A stretch of 61,669 nucleotides of DNA, the filler included, from Stramenopiles sp. TOSAG23-6 (Eukaryota): assembly GCA_900128565.1 (NCBI GenBank). It is 13 parts of 13 records of this genome, joined end to end, with 100 filler letters (N's around TTAATTAATTAA, not from the genome) between each part and the next. Parts side by side here need not be neighbours in the genome. Positions count along the whole stretch, not along the records: positions 9,521 to 14,176 come from LT637098.1; positions 14,277 to 18,931 come from LT637099.1; positions 19,032 to 23,685 come from LT637100.1; positions 23,786 to 28,438 come from LT637101.1; 9 more parts are not named here. One strand, written 5' to 3'. The notes below the pieces were generated by a model. The model searched no databases, was not told the DNA's origin, and saw only the letters and a list, made by a program, of their open reading frames with translations. Below, in pieces: positions 12,238 through 23,876 of the stretch (positions are counted from its first letter, which is position 1; each line of letters opens with the position of its first letter). A program made the translations under genes and the position numbers.

Positions 12238-12894
12238 TTAAAATGGTGGGCTCCATGCATCCTCCGATCTGGTTTCTGGATGCCAAGTATTATCGACTCT
12301 ACCTTCGCCATACTTTGACTGTGGTGTCCATTTTTTGCCTCTACCAGGTACCATGTCCATCTGATGATGAGCTTTTCGCCTACGATCCATTGGTGAAAAA
12401 TCTGCTTTAGTAAGAGAAGATGGTGGTGCAAGTCTTGAATCACCGAAAACCAAATTAGAACTACGAAGGCGGAGACCTAGTGCTGCGTTAAGTTGGCCCC
12501 GAGACTCTCTCATTTCCTTCAGAGTTGGACGTCGAAGAACGTTAGTACTTGCTCCAGTGAAGCGCGCACCTGGAGCTCCAAATTGCAATGCACTACGTCT
12601 AATTCGTTCCCCAATTTCTGGATTTAGCACACCCCTACATTCGTTACGTTGTCGGGTATTCGGACGTGGTAGCCACGCTGCTGTCTCTTCTTTTCTTGAG
12701 AAGGACGAGGCTTGGTCACCAATAACCAGATGGGACGCTTGAAGAGCTGCTTTCATCTTCCTTGAACGAGCTGCTTCGGCCTTAAGAGCAACTATATCGG
12801 GTTTTTTAAAAACAAATGTCTCCCTCATAACAGAATTTTTTACATATTGTTGCGTATGCATTTCAGCTGGGGATGAGCGGCGGTACGGGTACAT
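12238..12894 (-). CDS. Hypothetical basic protein with repeated S(S/H/N)L.(F/I)G motif
   Basis: Coding-like GC content; open frame from MYPYRR; three weak repeats (SHLVIGD, SALQFGA, SNLVFGD). Confidence 0.55.
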   Translation of the reverse strand: MYPYRRSSPAEMHTQQYVKNSVMRETFVFKKPDIVALKAEAARSRKMKAALQASHLVIGDQASSFSRKEETAAWLPRPNTRQRNECRGVLNPEIGERIRRSALQFGAPGARFTGASTNVLRRPTLKEMRESRGQLNAALGLRLRSSNLVFGDSRLAPPSSLTKADFSPMDRRRKAHHQMDMVPGRGKKWTPQSKYGEGRVDNTWHPETRSEDAWSPPF

Positions 12895-13171
12895 GTTTAA
12901 AGAAATCTGCTGTAAAGTACTTACTACCTTGAGAATAGTCCTACCTACAGGTATACTAATACAAATCTTTTGAAGTAGCAAAATCAAAATATGAAACTGT
13001 TGAGTGTTGACCGTAACGAAAAAAAAATGTGTTGACAGCGACAGGTTTGTCTTTTTTTTGAACAGTCCGTCTGAGTTTGTCGTGTGTCCGTTGTGTTCCA
13101 TTATCTTAAGTGTACCACAAAGAAATACTACTACACATAACGAATAAGATACCATCTGAAATATATTTTAG

Positions 13172-14111
13172 ATGGGTTCTATTGATCGAGTCGCTCAAAC
13201 AGTGGGAATTCCAACTTCTCGTATCCATTGCTCTGAAAAGCTTCAGAAAAAANGGCAACCTTTAATATCTAGTACTACTATATATGACCCTGCATATTGG
13301 TTACACTCAGATGTTAGAAGCCTTCTCACTGCCACTAGACCTTGGAGTATTCCAATATCACTTGTGCCGATCGCACTGACTGGGGTTTTATTATATAAAG
13401 GTGGTGTAGTGACAACACTTCTTACGAAGGATTTTATATTTACCATTGTTTGTATACTTTTTACACATTTAGGGTCTAATATTGTCAATACCTTATTTGA
13501 CTATCAGAACGGGGTTGACACATTTGAACACTCTGAGGATAGGTCACTTGTCGATAAAAAAGTCACAAAAGAGGGATTAANGATGATGTCACTAGTATCG
13601 TACACAATTTCAACAATCACTGCTATGTATATTGCTTATTGTGGAGAATCTTTTCGTTTATTATGTCTTTTTACTATAGGTATTCTTTTATCAATTTTTT
13701 ACACAGCCGATCCATTTGGCTTAAAATATATTGGTCTTGGAGACTTGACCGTTTTTATTTGCTTTGGGCCACTTTTAATGGAAACAACTTCAGTAGTTCT
13801 TACTGGTGCATTTTCGATAGAAATATTGATGTATTCATTCGCAGTGGGCTGTGTCAGCATGGCCATCGTTCATGCGAATAATACGAGAGACATTGTGTGT
13901 GATCGAAAGAGTGGGGCTAAGACTCTGGCCATGTTAATTGGTATTGAAAAAAGTTATTACTTATACTGCGCCCTGTTAGCCGCTGCATATATTATCATAT
14001 TTGGACTCTCTATGTGGTCAATTTGTCTGAAATTGACCAAGTCAAAAACTCTAGTAACAGATTATTATAGTGAATGGAAAATACTCATTAGTCTTTCTGT
14101 GTCTCTTCCAT
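13172..14111 (+). CDS. UBIAD1: UbiA prenyltransferase (UBIAD1/MenA-like), 3'-truncated at an intron
   Basis: ATRPWS, NTLFDYQNGVD, YTADPFGLKYIGLGD, HANNTRDIVCDRKSGAKTLA; donor CCA T|GTATGT at 14112. Confidence 0.9.
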
Positions 14112-14276
14112 GTATGTTTTATTTTTTTTTAACAAAAAAATCGAATTTATTTTTCGTACGAAATTTTGTACCTAACNNNNNNNNNNNNNNNNNNNNNNNN
14201 NNNNNNNNNNNNNNNNNNNNTTAATTAATTAANNNNNNNNNNNNNNNNNNNNNNNNNNNNNNNNNNNNNNNNNNNN

Positions 14277-16793
14277 TCTTACTTCTTATTATTTTACCAC
14301 GTTGATGGGCTTGTATATGCACTGCTGCTTTATGTTTCTTTTGTTTTTGAATTCTCCATTTTTCCCGTTTCCTTTTTTCATCATTTCTTTTTTTTTCTAA
14401 CTTGGCGTCACTCAATAATAAATTTGTTTTACATCTTGAAACTGAACCTCTTTGATGTTTCTGTATAACTATTGATGCTTTATCTCTCATTTTGTTTTGT
14501 AACAAAATTTCAGATTCCTTTGTTGCATTTGCTTGTAAAATACGTCGTATTTCTTTGGCTTTTATCTGACGTTGTTTACACTGTATTACTACTGATGCCT
14601 CATTCATTTTTTGTTTTTGTTGATTTAATAAGAGTTTCAAATCATTATTTCGTTTTTTTGTGATAAGAATACTTTTTGTATATCGGCTTTTAATGGCTTG
14701 TGGAGCTTCATTACTATTCCGTTTTTCCCAGGATAGTTTAACTGTATATCTTTTATTTTTCGTTTGTTTTGNTTTGTCATGTTCCTCTATAATATTGTCT
14801 ATTTCTTGTAATGTATATTTTTTCATTCCCATAGAATGTCCATGACAATTAGAAATATCAATGCTTCCAACAGCACATATTTTCATTGGTATTTTGGTTT
14901 GTAGACAAATTATTAAGTGAGTATCATTAGTAATTGGGTCATCATTGACACATAGCCAAAATACTTGTTCAATTGTTGATTCTTGACTAGTCTTATTATC
15001 ATTTATTATTTGTATATTTCGTGATTTTTGATGTCTATGTAGTGGTGTATTTTGGTGAATGTATTCTATGTCTTTAACAGGATTCAGTATAGTTTTGTTA
15101 TCTTTATGAAATGTAATATTTGGAATAGTACAAAACACATTACCTGAATTTTTCATTGAATTCTCATTATTTTGAGTATTATACATACTATTATCAATAC
15201 TACTACTTGTATTCATTGAATTTGTTGAAACAGTAGTAGCAGAAGTAGAGCCACTACTAGTATCACTACTACTAGTATCACTACTACTAGTATCACTACT
15301 ACTTGTATCACTACTACTTGTATCACTATTACTAGTATCAATACTAGGATTATCACCACTACTGCTTTTATCACTTGCTTTTAAAGTATTATCTTGACTA
15401 CTATTCTTTTTAGTAGTAACAAAATTTGTACTCTTTTCTTTAACAATATTTGTACTACAACTTTGTACGTGTATTCTTATCCAATTACCACCTGGTTTGA
15501 CACGTGTCGTTCTTCTAGATACCATCCCACGATACGCAGATGAAATTTGCGTTGATGATTTATGACTATGCTTTTTTCTTTCAATTTGTTGTGGTATACA
15601 TTGTGGATAAATATATCAAATTTGAAATGTATGAATACAAAAATAATAAAAATTATAAGTACAAAATTTAAAAAAAAATAGAATTCAGAAATGAAAATGT
15701 ACATGACGTCACTATGACGAAGTTGTCTCCCCCGTTCTATTCTTTGAATGAGGATGGTTGCTCTTAAAGTTTTCATTTCATGAACTATTTTTTTACGTAA
15801 TGAACGTCCACGATGTCTTGCTTGAATGTATGATGCAATTGTATGTGCGTCTTTTATGTAAGGGTGAAGAAAATATCAAATTCTATTTCTATTGTTAGAT
15901 ATTTAATTTAGTACGAAAAACAAAAACTCAAATTTGAATAATACATTTGAATTATACATTTGAATAATACATTTGAATTATACATTTGAACAATACATTT
16001 GGAATTTCTAATGAAAACATACATATGTTTTGGATGTCGCCAGGGACGCCATCTTCTTGTTGCATTTGTCCAGAGTCCAACTTGAATAAAATCATCTGTA
16101 CCTTTTTTCTTACCTAAAACTTCATCATCAAGTTGAACTTCGTTTTTCAAATCAAAAGCATTTTGAAATAATCCACCAACTTCATCAAAGTCATCGCCCC
16201 ATNTTTTGTGAACAAATATTTCAAACATTCAACTTTTTCTGTTAGGTATAAAATGTACNAAAAAAAAAGCNATACANTANGGTTAGGGTTGAAAACGTAC
16301 ATATTTCTCCAGCACCATACGCATCCATATTTTGTTCTATATTTTGATCACTTGATTCATTTTTTTTATAAATAGTATGGTTATCAAATGGATCAACTTC
16401 ACCACTTACATAACTCAAATCATCATCCGAATGAAATATAAAACTATTTTGTGAACTTTCCAAGACAGTACTATTTAATGAGTTTTTACTATATGCACTA
16501 TGAATTCTTTTATGTCTATGGCCTAATTGTTTTTGATGTTGCTGATAGTTTTCTGGACGATCATACGTCGAATGATTTGTTTTTCTGTTCCAATAATAAA
16601 AAGAACCTTCGTTGTATTCGTCAGCAATCTTTTCCCAGTCAGTTTTCAATTCCANTGGACGATTCAAATAACTTTTCTTACTTATTGGATTCCACCAAAC
16701 TTCATTTCCGTTTTCATCAAAATACAAAACAATCTCTTGATTTTGAGATATGTGAGGTGTAGAATTATGAATTATATCACTGGAACTAATCAT
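14277..16793 (-). CDS. WW-domain and multi-IQ-motif protein, 3'-truncated
   Basis: WEKIADEYNEGSFYYWNRKTNHSTYDRP; many IQ...RG motifs. GT-AT introns 16201-16300, 15856-16022 and 15596-15702 chain the exons in frame. Confidence 0.8.
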
Positions 16794-17124
16794 GTCTTAC
16801 GTTTGTTGAAATTCTTTTATATATGACTTAAAAGTGTCGTATTTTGTTGCATGGTGTTTATGTTTGTTTTTTTAATATAAATAAATATTCAATAACATAT
16901 TGTACACGTAATACACTATCCTACACAAATGTTCAAAGTATACAATTTCTATACAAGTTTACTGTGTTCCAAGACAAAAACAAGAAAAAACATAACACAA
17001 AGTACGTAATAGAAAACATATATATATCACTATTTTGGCAGTTACAACTTTGTAAGTTGCAACCCTAACCCTAGAAATAATACTCTACTTTAAAAATTGC
17101 CAATAGAATAACATTTAATTTTTA

Positions 17125-17796
17125 TTAACTCAACACGGACCACCATAGCGTAAAGCATAATANCAGTCCAATCAATATGGCTATAATGGTATTATCCCGA
17201 GTTTTCTTATTTTTAATGCGATGAATTAATTTCTTTGCACCAGGAAAAACACTTCCTATTTCTACTAATTTTGAACTCGCTGCAGTAAAAATTCGTCTTT
17301 GAGCAAAAATCTCATTTCGTGCTTCCATTGCATTATATATTATGTCTCCAGTCATTCTACTAGACTTATTGATTGCTCCTCGTTCACGTAAGAGTTCATC
17401 TGTCTCTCCTCTCATTCTATCCTCATCAGACAAATGAGCGTTTTTGAATAAAGAATTACTTTCTTGTTTTCTTCGTATACTAGTCTGAGTTCTGTTAAAG
17501 AATGTCCGATTGTCCCGTAATATATCCTTATATCTACGAAGGAGAGCCATGTTTGATACTTTTTTACACTGCTCAGTGCAGCTAGACATTTGTGTGACAG
17601 TGGCCTGTAATTTCTCAAGGAGTTCACTGGTTTCCGAAGCAGTGCGGGTCTCAGAACCTCTTGATCCACTCGATTGACTCTCAGCATCACCAAATGTTAA
17701 AGAACTATTGGAATCAAATTTTGAATATTCTTGTAGTTTAGATTCAAGGTCTCTCTCTAACTTTCGTGCTCGTTTCTTCAAATTTTCCCACAGCAT
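17125..17796 (-). CDS. GOSR1: Golgi SNARE Gos1/GS28, intronless
   Basis: WENLKKRARKLERDLESKL, LLRRYKDILRD, Qb-SNARE motif, C-terminal TM helix. Confidence 0.9.
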   Translation of the reverse strand: MLWENLKKRARKLERDLESKLQEYSKFDSNSSLTFGDAESQSSGSRGSETRTASETSELLEKLQATVTQMSSCTEQCKKVSNMALLRRYKDILRDNRTFFNRTQTSIRRKQESNSLFKNAHLSDEDRMRGETDELLRERGAINKSSRMTGDIIYNAMEARNEIFAQRRIFTAASSKLVEIGSVFPGAKKLIHRIKNKKTRDNTIIAILIGLXLCFTLWWSVLS

Positions 17797-18301
17797 TTTT
17801 TAAACACTTTGATGGAAAACGTACTCTTCTGTCAGTTGCCTTTGTACACTACAAATGAAACCTTTTCTACACTGTATGCCTATATATGCTATACAAGACA
17901 ACGTAGAGAAACTTATATTCTAAAAAAACTAAGTATGTAAAGACAATGTTCCTTTGACAATTTGTATTTATTTTTATACCGGTCTACTACGTAAACTACG
18001 TGTACAGTACTACAAAAAGGTACCAGGAATCCAGGATCTCAGATCCGGAACTTCAGGAACCCTAACCCTAATTTTCTTTTATATATATTCGTCAGAATCA
18101 GTTTCTTGCACAGACTCTTCTGGAGTCACCATAATATTATGATCTTGAAGGTGCTGGAGTTGCGGTACCATTAGAAAGTACTATCAAAAATTAAAATTGA
18201 AGAAAAAAAATAAAAAAATTCATCATTTATCAGAATTTCAAAAACAATCAAAAATATAAAAAAGACATTTTTTTGAGCTCTTCACAAAAATATTCAAAAT
18301 A

Positions 18302-18931
18302 TTATGCATCAGTGTCCATCTTATTCTCATCGCCTTCTTGTACAGCAGATAAAAAATCAATTAATTTTTGACCTTTGACATATTCAAACGGTTTGTCTTT
18401 CCCAACTACTGCGATAGAAATGTTTTTAGCTGTTAAATCACCATTTTCGTGAACGCAACCTTTCAAAGAACGAATGGCATATATTGTAGGAAAATATTTC
18501 AGATGCAATTATTTTGTTAGGTATTTTTGTTGATGATTTTTTACACGAAAAAAAAAATATGTAAAACAATGAAATAATGAAAACATACATGTTTGACTAC
18601 TTCATCCACAGACATATTATCAAAGCCAGTCTTACCATCAAGATAAAATTTGTCAATATACGTTTTTGCAGATTGTGCTCGAGCGCCTATTGCCATGTAG
18701 AGTGAACATATATTTGAAATTTGAAAAATATGTTAGATATGAAAATAATAGTAAATTTGAAATTGAAAGATGAAAAATGAAAACATACATTGCCGAGTAT
18801 TCATAATAAGACCCAGAAGGTGATGTTTCATATAAATGTGCACCAGTACGATCGTAACCAGCGACTAGAAGTCCAACACCAAATGGTCGATTATTCCAGG
18901 TCGAGTATGCAATGCAGGCTGTCCGTCAGGG
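18302..18931 (-). CDS. PSMA1: 20S proteasome subunit alpha-6 (alpha type-1), 5'-truncated
   Basis: [62 protein letters not shown]; two introns. Confidence 0.9.
18479..18588 (-). other. Intron, GT-AT ends
   Basis: AAA CAT|GTATGT...TACCTAAC...CAATATAT|GCC gives VKHAIRSL. Confidence 0.85.
18695..18788 (-). other. Intron, GT-AT ends
   Basis: GCA AT|GTATGT...TATCTAAC...CTCTACAT|G GCA gives YSAMAIGAR; the nearest downstream AG is out of frame. Confidence 0.85.
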
Positions 18932-19087
18932 NNNNNNNNNNNNNNNNNNNNNNNNNNNNNNNNNNNNNNNNNNNNTTAATTAATTAANNNNNNNNNNNNN
19001 NNNNNNNNNNNNNNNNNNNNNNNNNNNNNNNTTTTGTACCTAACAAATTTTTTTAGATTTTTTTTGAAATATTTTTCCAAAATACAT

Positions 19088-19650
19088 ATCGAATGATTGT
19101 ATTAATATTATATCTTTTATTATCATTTATCGAACCACCTGCTTGGTGTGCTTCAAGTATGTTTTATGTTTCTTGAATTTTGAGTGTAATTTTGTTTTCG
19201 TAGTAAATTTTGTACCTAACATATTTTTTAAAATTTTTTTTGAAATATTTTTCCAAAATACAATCTCACCCAGTGAAGATTCAGATAATTCAGTGGACAT
19301 TGATACAAAAATACCTGGATGTGACAAAGTACCTCGTTGGCCTATTCCACAATTGTCACCCAATGTTGCTCATATTTATGAAATACTTTGTCTTGTGTTT
19401 TTTACATGCGAACTTTTATTAAAAAAAACGTTTCAAGGTAGAGAATTATTTGTCCGGAATCGCTGGCATTTAGTTCAAATGTGTATTATTTCGTTTTCAT
19501 TTGGCTGTGTTTTGGCGTCAATACTCTTACCCTATTTACCCCATCGCCCAGCGTCGATTCTTCGTCCACTACTTTTTATTGCAATGAGTGAAAAAGTCAG
19601 GAACGAGGTGGCTACACTAGTCAGAGCATTACCCAAGTTTTTGGATGCAT
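19088..19650 (+). CDS. Two-pore channel (TPC)-like fragment (S1-S4)
   Basis: LSFIEPPAWC, IYEILCLVFF..ELLLK, ASILRPLLFI....VRNEVATLVRALPKFLD. Confidence 0.75.
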
Positions 19651-19793
19651 GTATGTTTTTTTTTTTTTTTGTATGAATTTTTTTTTTATAAAAATTTTGT
19701 ACCTAACAAAAATTTTTTTTTTTTGAAATATTTTTTTTCGTACGAAATTTTGTACCTAACATTTTTTTTTTGAAATATTTTTTTAAAATACGT

Positions 19794-22640
19794 GCTAGGC
19801 CGTTTTGCAACCGTTTGGCATCCAAGTGTTTGTGGTTTTGAACATACAAACCCTAACCCTAATAGTATTACAAATACAAAAAATACAAAAAATACAAAAA
19901 ATACAAAAAAAAATTCAGATAGTTTTGATGTTTTAACAATAGAACAAAAATATCGTAATACATTTTATCAGCATGCAACAGGTTTGTGCAAATTGTCATC
20001 GTTTGTGTTGTGTTGTATCGCAAAAAGAGATTGGCAGGTGATTATTGATTATTCGAAAATTGTGAGAGATTCGATTGGTGTATGTTACGTTTTTTTTTGA
20101 ATTTGAATTTGAATTTGAATTTGAATTGTTTTTTTCATACGAAATTTCATACCTAACAAAAAAACAAAAATTAAAATTTTTTTTTTTCGAATTTCGAATT
20201 ATTATTTTTTTTTCTTTACACTTTTAAACCTCTTCATACCTAACAAAAAAAAAAATTTTACAAAAAAAAAAAAATATTTTTCAACATACATGTAAAATGT
20301 GACGCATTGACCTTACAAAAAGTTGTACCTAGCTTAGATCTGTTAATTTCGTTAGTTGTTTGTGCTACAAAATTTCGTATTCAACAAAACGAAAAAAAAT
20401 TGAAGGAAGAAAATTCGTTAGGTACAAAATTTGCTACAAAAAAGAAATCTGACAAATTTAGCTGTAATGAAATGATTGAAAGAATAAACACTACAGAATT
20501 AGATTCTTTATCAATATTGTTGCTATCGTCTGTTTGTGGAAAAGTTAGATTTCGTGCAGTAGCTTTGATGAAGTATTGTTCAGAGTTAAATTTTCATCAT
20601 TGTAACCCTAACCCTAACCCTACAGATGCTATTAGGGTTAGGGTTCCAAAATCATTATATGACGTCATACAAATGGAAGGTGAGTTGTGGTCTTTAACAT
20701 CTGGAGCAACTTCGAATGAAGAAGAAGCAATTTTAAATTTATTTACTATGACGTCATTATATGAAGAGCATAAAGAGTATCGTCCGTACATGCAGAACCC
20801 TAACCCTAATGTACAAAAAACATATGAAAATAATTATACACACGAAAAACATGAAAAACATGAAAAACATGAAAGTAATAAAAGTATTTGGCAAAATGTT
20901 CTTCAATCTTCTGAAAGTAGTATAATAGCTCAAGATATTTGGAGTCGTATATTCTGTTTTATAATGTATGTTTTATTTATTTAAAAAAAAAAAATCGATT
21001 TTTTTTTTTTACAAAATTTTTGTACCTAACAAAAAAATTTAGATTTTTTTTTTTAAATATTTTTCCAAAATAAATGAGACGTGTTCGAATCACTCATTCA
21101 CGAGCAGTCGAAATGTATGTCTTTATTATTAACCCTAAAAAAACTAAAAAAAACTAAAAAAAACTAAAAAAATAAAAAAAAAAAGATTCCACAAAAAAAA
21201 ATAAAAAAAAAGCTAGATTTTTTTTTTTGTAGGAAATTTTGTACCTAACAAATTTTTGAGTTTTTTTCTTTTTCTACAAGAAAAAAAAAAAACACTAATC
21301 AATATATATATATATGTATATCTCCTAATATAACATGGCTCGTGGAACTGCGTTGCGTATATCAAATGTACTACGAAATTCACTAACAATGAAAAATGGA
21401 ACAAACCTGACATCAACATCTGAGGGACATCCTTTTTTATCTTTATACAATAGTGAATTTTTGTCCATTTATGATCAAAACCCCAACCCTAGTACTAATC
21501 CTGATATATTTTTGTTACACTCTTCAAAATCAAATCAAACTCAACATTCTTACAAACAAAAACAGGTTTGTATCGAAGCGCAATATTGGAGAAATTTATC
21601 AATCATCACAAATTCATATATTTCGTGTACTGAAGAGTCAAACACAAAAAATACGAAAAACACGAAAAATACGAAAAATCAAAATTTTAAAAAAAATTCA
21701 ATTTCTTTGCATACTTTACTTCAAGCTTTACATAGTCAATGTATATATATGAGAGATGTATGTTTTTTTTTTTTTTTTTTAAATTTAATTTTAATTTTTT
21801 TCGTACGAAATTTTGTACCTAAGAAATTTTTGAATTTTTTTTCAAATATTTTTTCACAATTTATACCCCCGCCATTGTATTTCGACATATGCATCCTAAT
21901 CAAGTACAAGAAGTACTAACAAAACTATTTTCATTTGAAAGTGAAGTAATTGCCTCTGTAAAACGGACAAACCTGTCATCTCGTACAGCGGCTGAAGCGG
22001 CATCAAAATCAAATGTATGTTTTTTTTACTATGATTTTTTTTTTTTTTTTTTTTCTAGTACTTCTACTCAATAAGGGTTAGGGTTAGTTTTTTTTTTTTT
22101 TTTTTTTTTCAACCACGAAATTTTTTTTTGTATGAACATTTCGTACCTAACAATATTTTTTTTTTTTTTTCAACTACGAAATTTTTTTTTTTTTTTTTTG
22201 GTTTCGTAGGAAATTTCGTACCTAACAATATATTTTAATTTTTTCTTCAAAATATTGTTCATCTTATATGTTGCTTCCGCTTGGTATGCAAATAATAAAA
22301 ATAAAAAACAAAACCGTAAAATTGTTAAAGAGCGACGTCGGCAAAGAGCACTACTAACGGCATTGACACGAATTTTTTCAAATATTGCAAAATTAGCTGC
22401 TGAGCCTCATTGGTCAAATTCGAACATTCAACAAAAAAGTACAGAATAACCCTAACCCTAACCCTAACCCTAATCACACGAAAAACACAGAAATGAAAAA
22501 TATTCCTATCAGTCATGACCAAACGATACGAAATCGATTTGTTGCATTCATCATTGCTGTTGATGAAGAGCTGATACTACATTTGCCAGTGTTTTATATT
22601 GATCAATGTAGCACAATGTGTGTTTTCATTATGAATTTCA

Positions 22641-22672
<32 letters not shown>

Positions 22673-23613
22673 TTTTTCCCAAAAAAAAAAAAAATTTTCA
22701 AAAAAAAAAAAAAAAAAAAAAAATTATCTAACATACAAAAAAAGATTTTTTAAATCATTCACATATTTTTCACCAAATTGTCTAGAACCGTATGACACGA
22801 AATCATTACAAATCTTACAATGCGAATTGTGTCGATGTATGTATGTTTTTTTTTTTCAAATTCGATTTTTTTTTTGTAGTAAATTTTGTACCTAACAAAA
22901 AAATTATAAAAAAAAAAAAATATTTTTCCAAAATACATACAAAATGTCTGTGATACTTGGGACGCTCCCTTTACATCTGAAGTTGCGGCTAAATTATGGT
23001 CCATTTTACACCAAAGATGGTCCAATTATTTACACGAAATCACAAAAAAAACAAAAAAAACGAAAATGGTACAAAATTTGTACCTAAATACATTTCAAAA
23101 ATCGTTTTTACTAGCAATGACATCACTGTTAAAGTGTCAAATTGATAAATCAAATGAAATTATTTTTGACTGGATTGATGAATTATTTTGGTGTAATACT
23201 TCATTTACACGAAATATGGCTAAAATTGCATTAACGCATATTTTATCAAGATCGGAAGTTTCAAGAGATTTTTGTTTACATCGTTGTTATTTTGCGTCAG
23301 GTAAGAATATTTGGTACGAACACTATTTTGGTGCTTTGTCTGAAATATGTCCAGTCTTACCAAAATTACCATCATTGATTGGAATTTTACACTTATGTAT
23401 TTGTATGGTGTTATTGTACATATTTAACTTAAAAAAAAATTTAACTTTTTTCAAAAAAAAAAAAAATTTAAATTTTTTTTTTTTTTTAATTTTTTAAAAA
23501 ATTGTACCTAACTTTATTTTTTTTGTACAATGACTATTTTTTGTACAATACATGTATGCTACAATACCGTCCTCATTATATTCGACAGAAAGCATTGCAT
23601 TTACTTGTCATAT
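19794..23613 (+). CDS. Furry/Tao3/MOR2-like scaffold protein, internal fragment, ~9 exons
   Basis: Helical-repeat sequence with RRRQRALLTALTRIF, LWSILHQRWS, IRQKALHLL. Family assignment is from memory of motifs; one apparent homopolymer frameshift near 22435. Confidence 0.5.
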
Positions 23614-23876
23614 GTAGGTTTTTTTGATTTAATTTTGTTTTAATTTTAAAAAAAAAATTTCACTTTTTTTTTTTTTTTTTTTTTTNNNNNNNNNNNNNNN
23701 NNNNNNNNNNNNNNNNNNNNNNNNNNNNNTTAATTAATTAANNNNNNNNNNNNNNNNNNNNNNNNNNNNNNNNNNNNNNNNNNNNGAGAAAATATTTCAA
23801 AAAAAATCTAAAAAAATTGTTAGGTACAAAATTTCGTACATAATGTTTAAAAATTAAAAAAAAATAAAAAACTTAC

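Noticed and set aside
18479-18788. Minor-spliceosome (U12) AT-AC introns
   Set aside because: No ATATCCTT donor or TCCTTAAC branch; asymmetric cases favour a GT donor.
22448-22474. True chromosome ends
   Set aside because: Telomeric units are short, internal and often inside reading frames.
22015-22770. Exact acceptors for two Furry-like introns
   Set aside because: Several in-frame options and low-quality homopolymer sequence; not counted as evidence.
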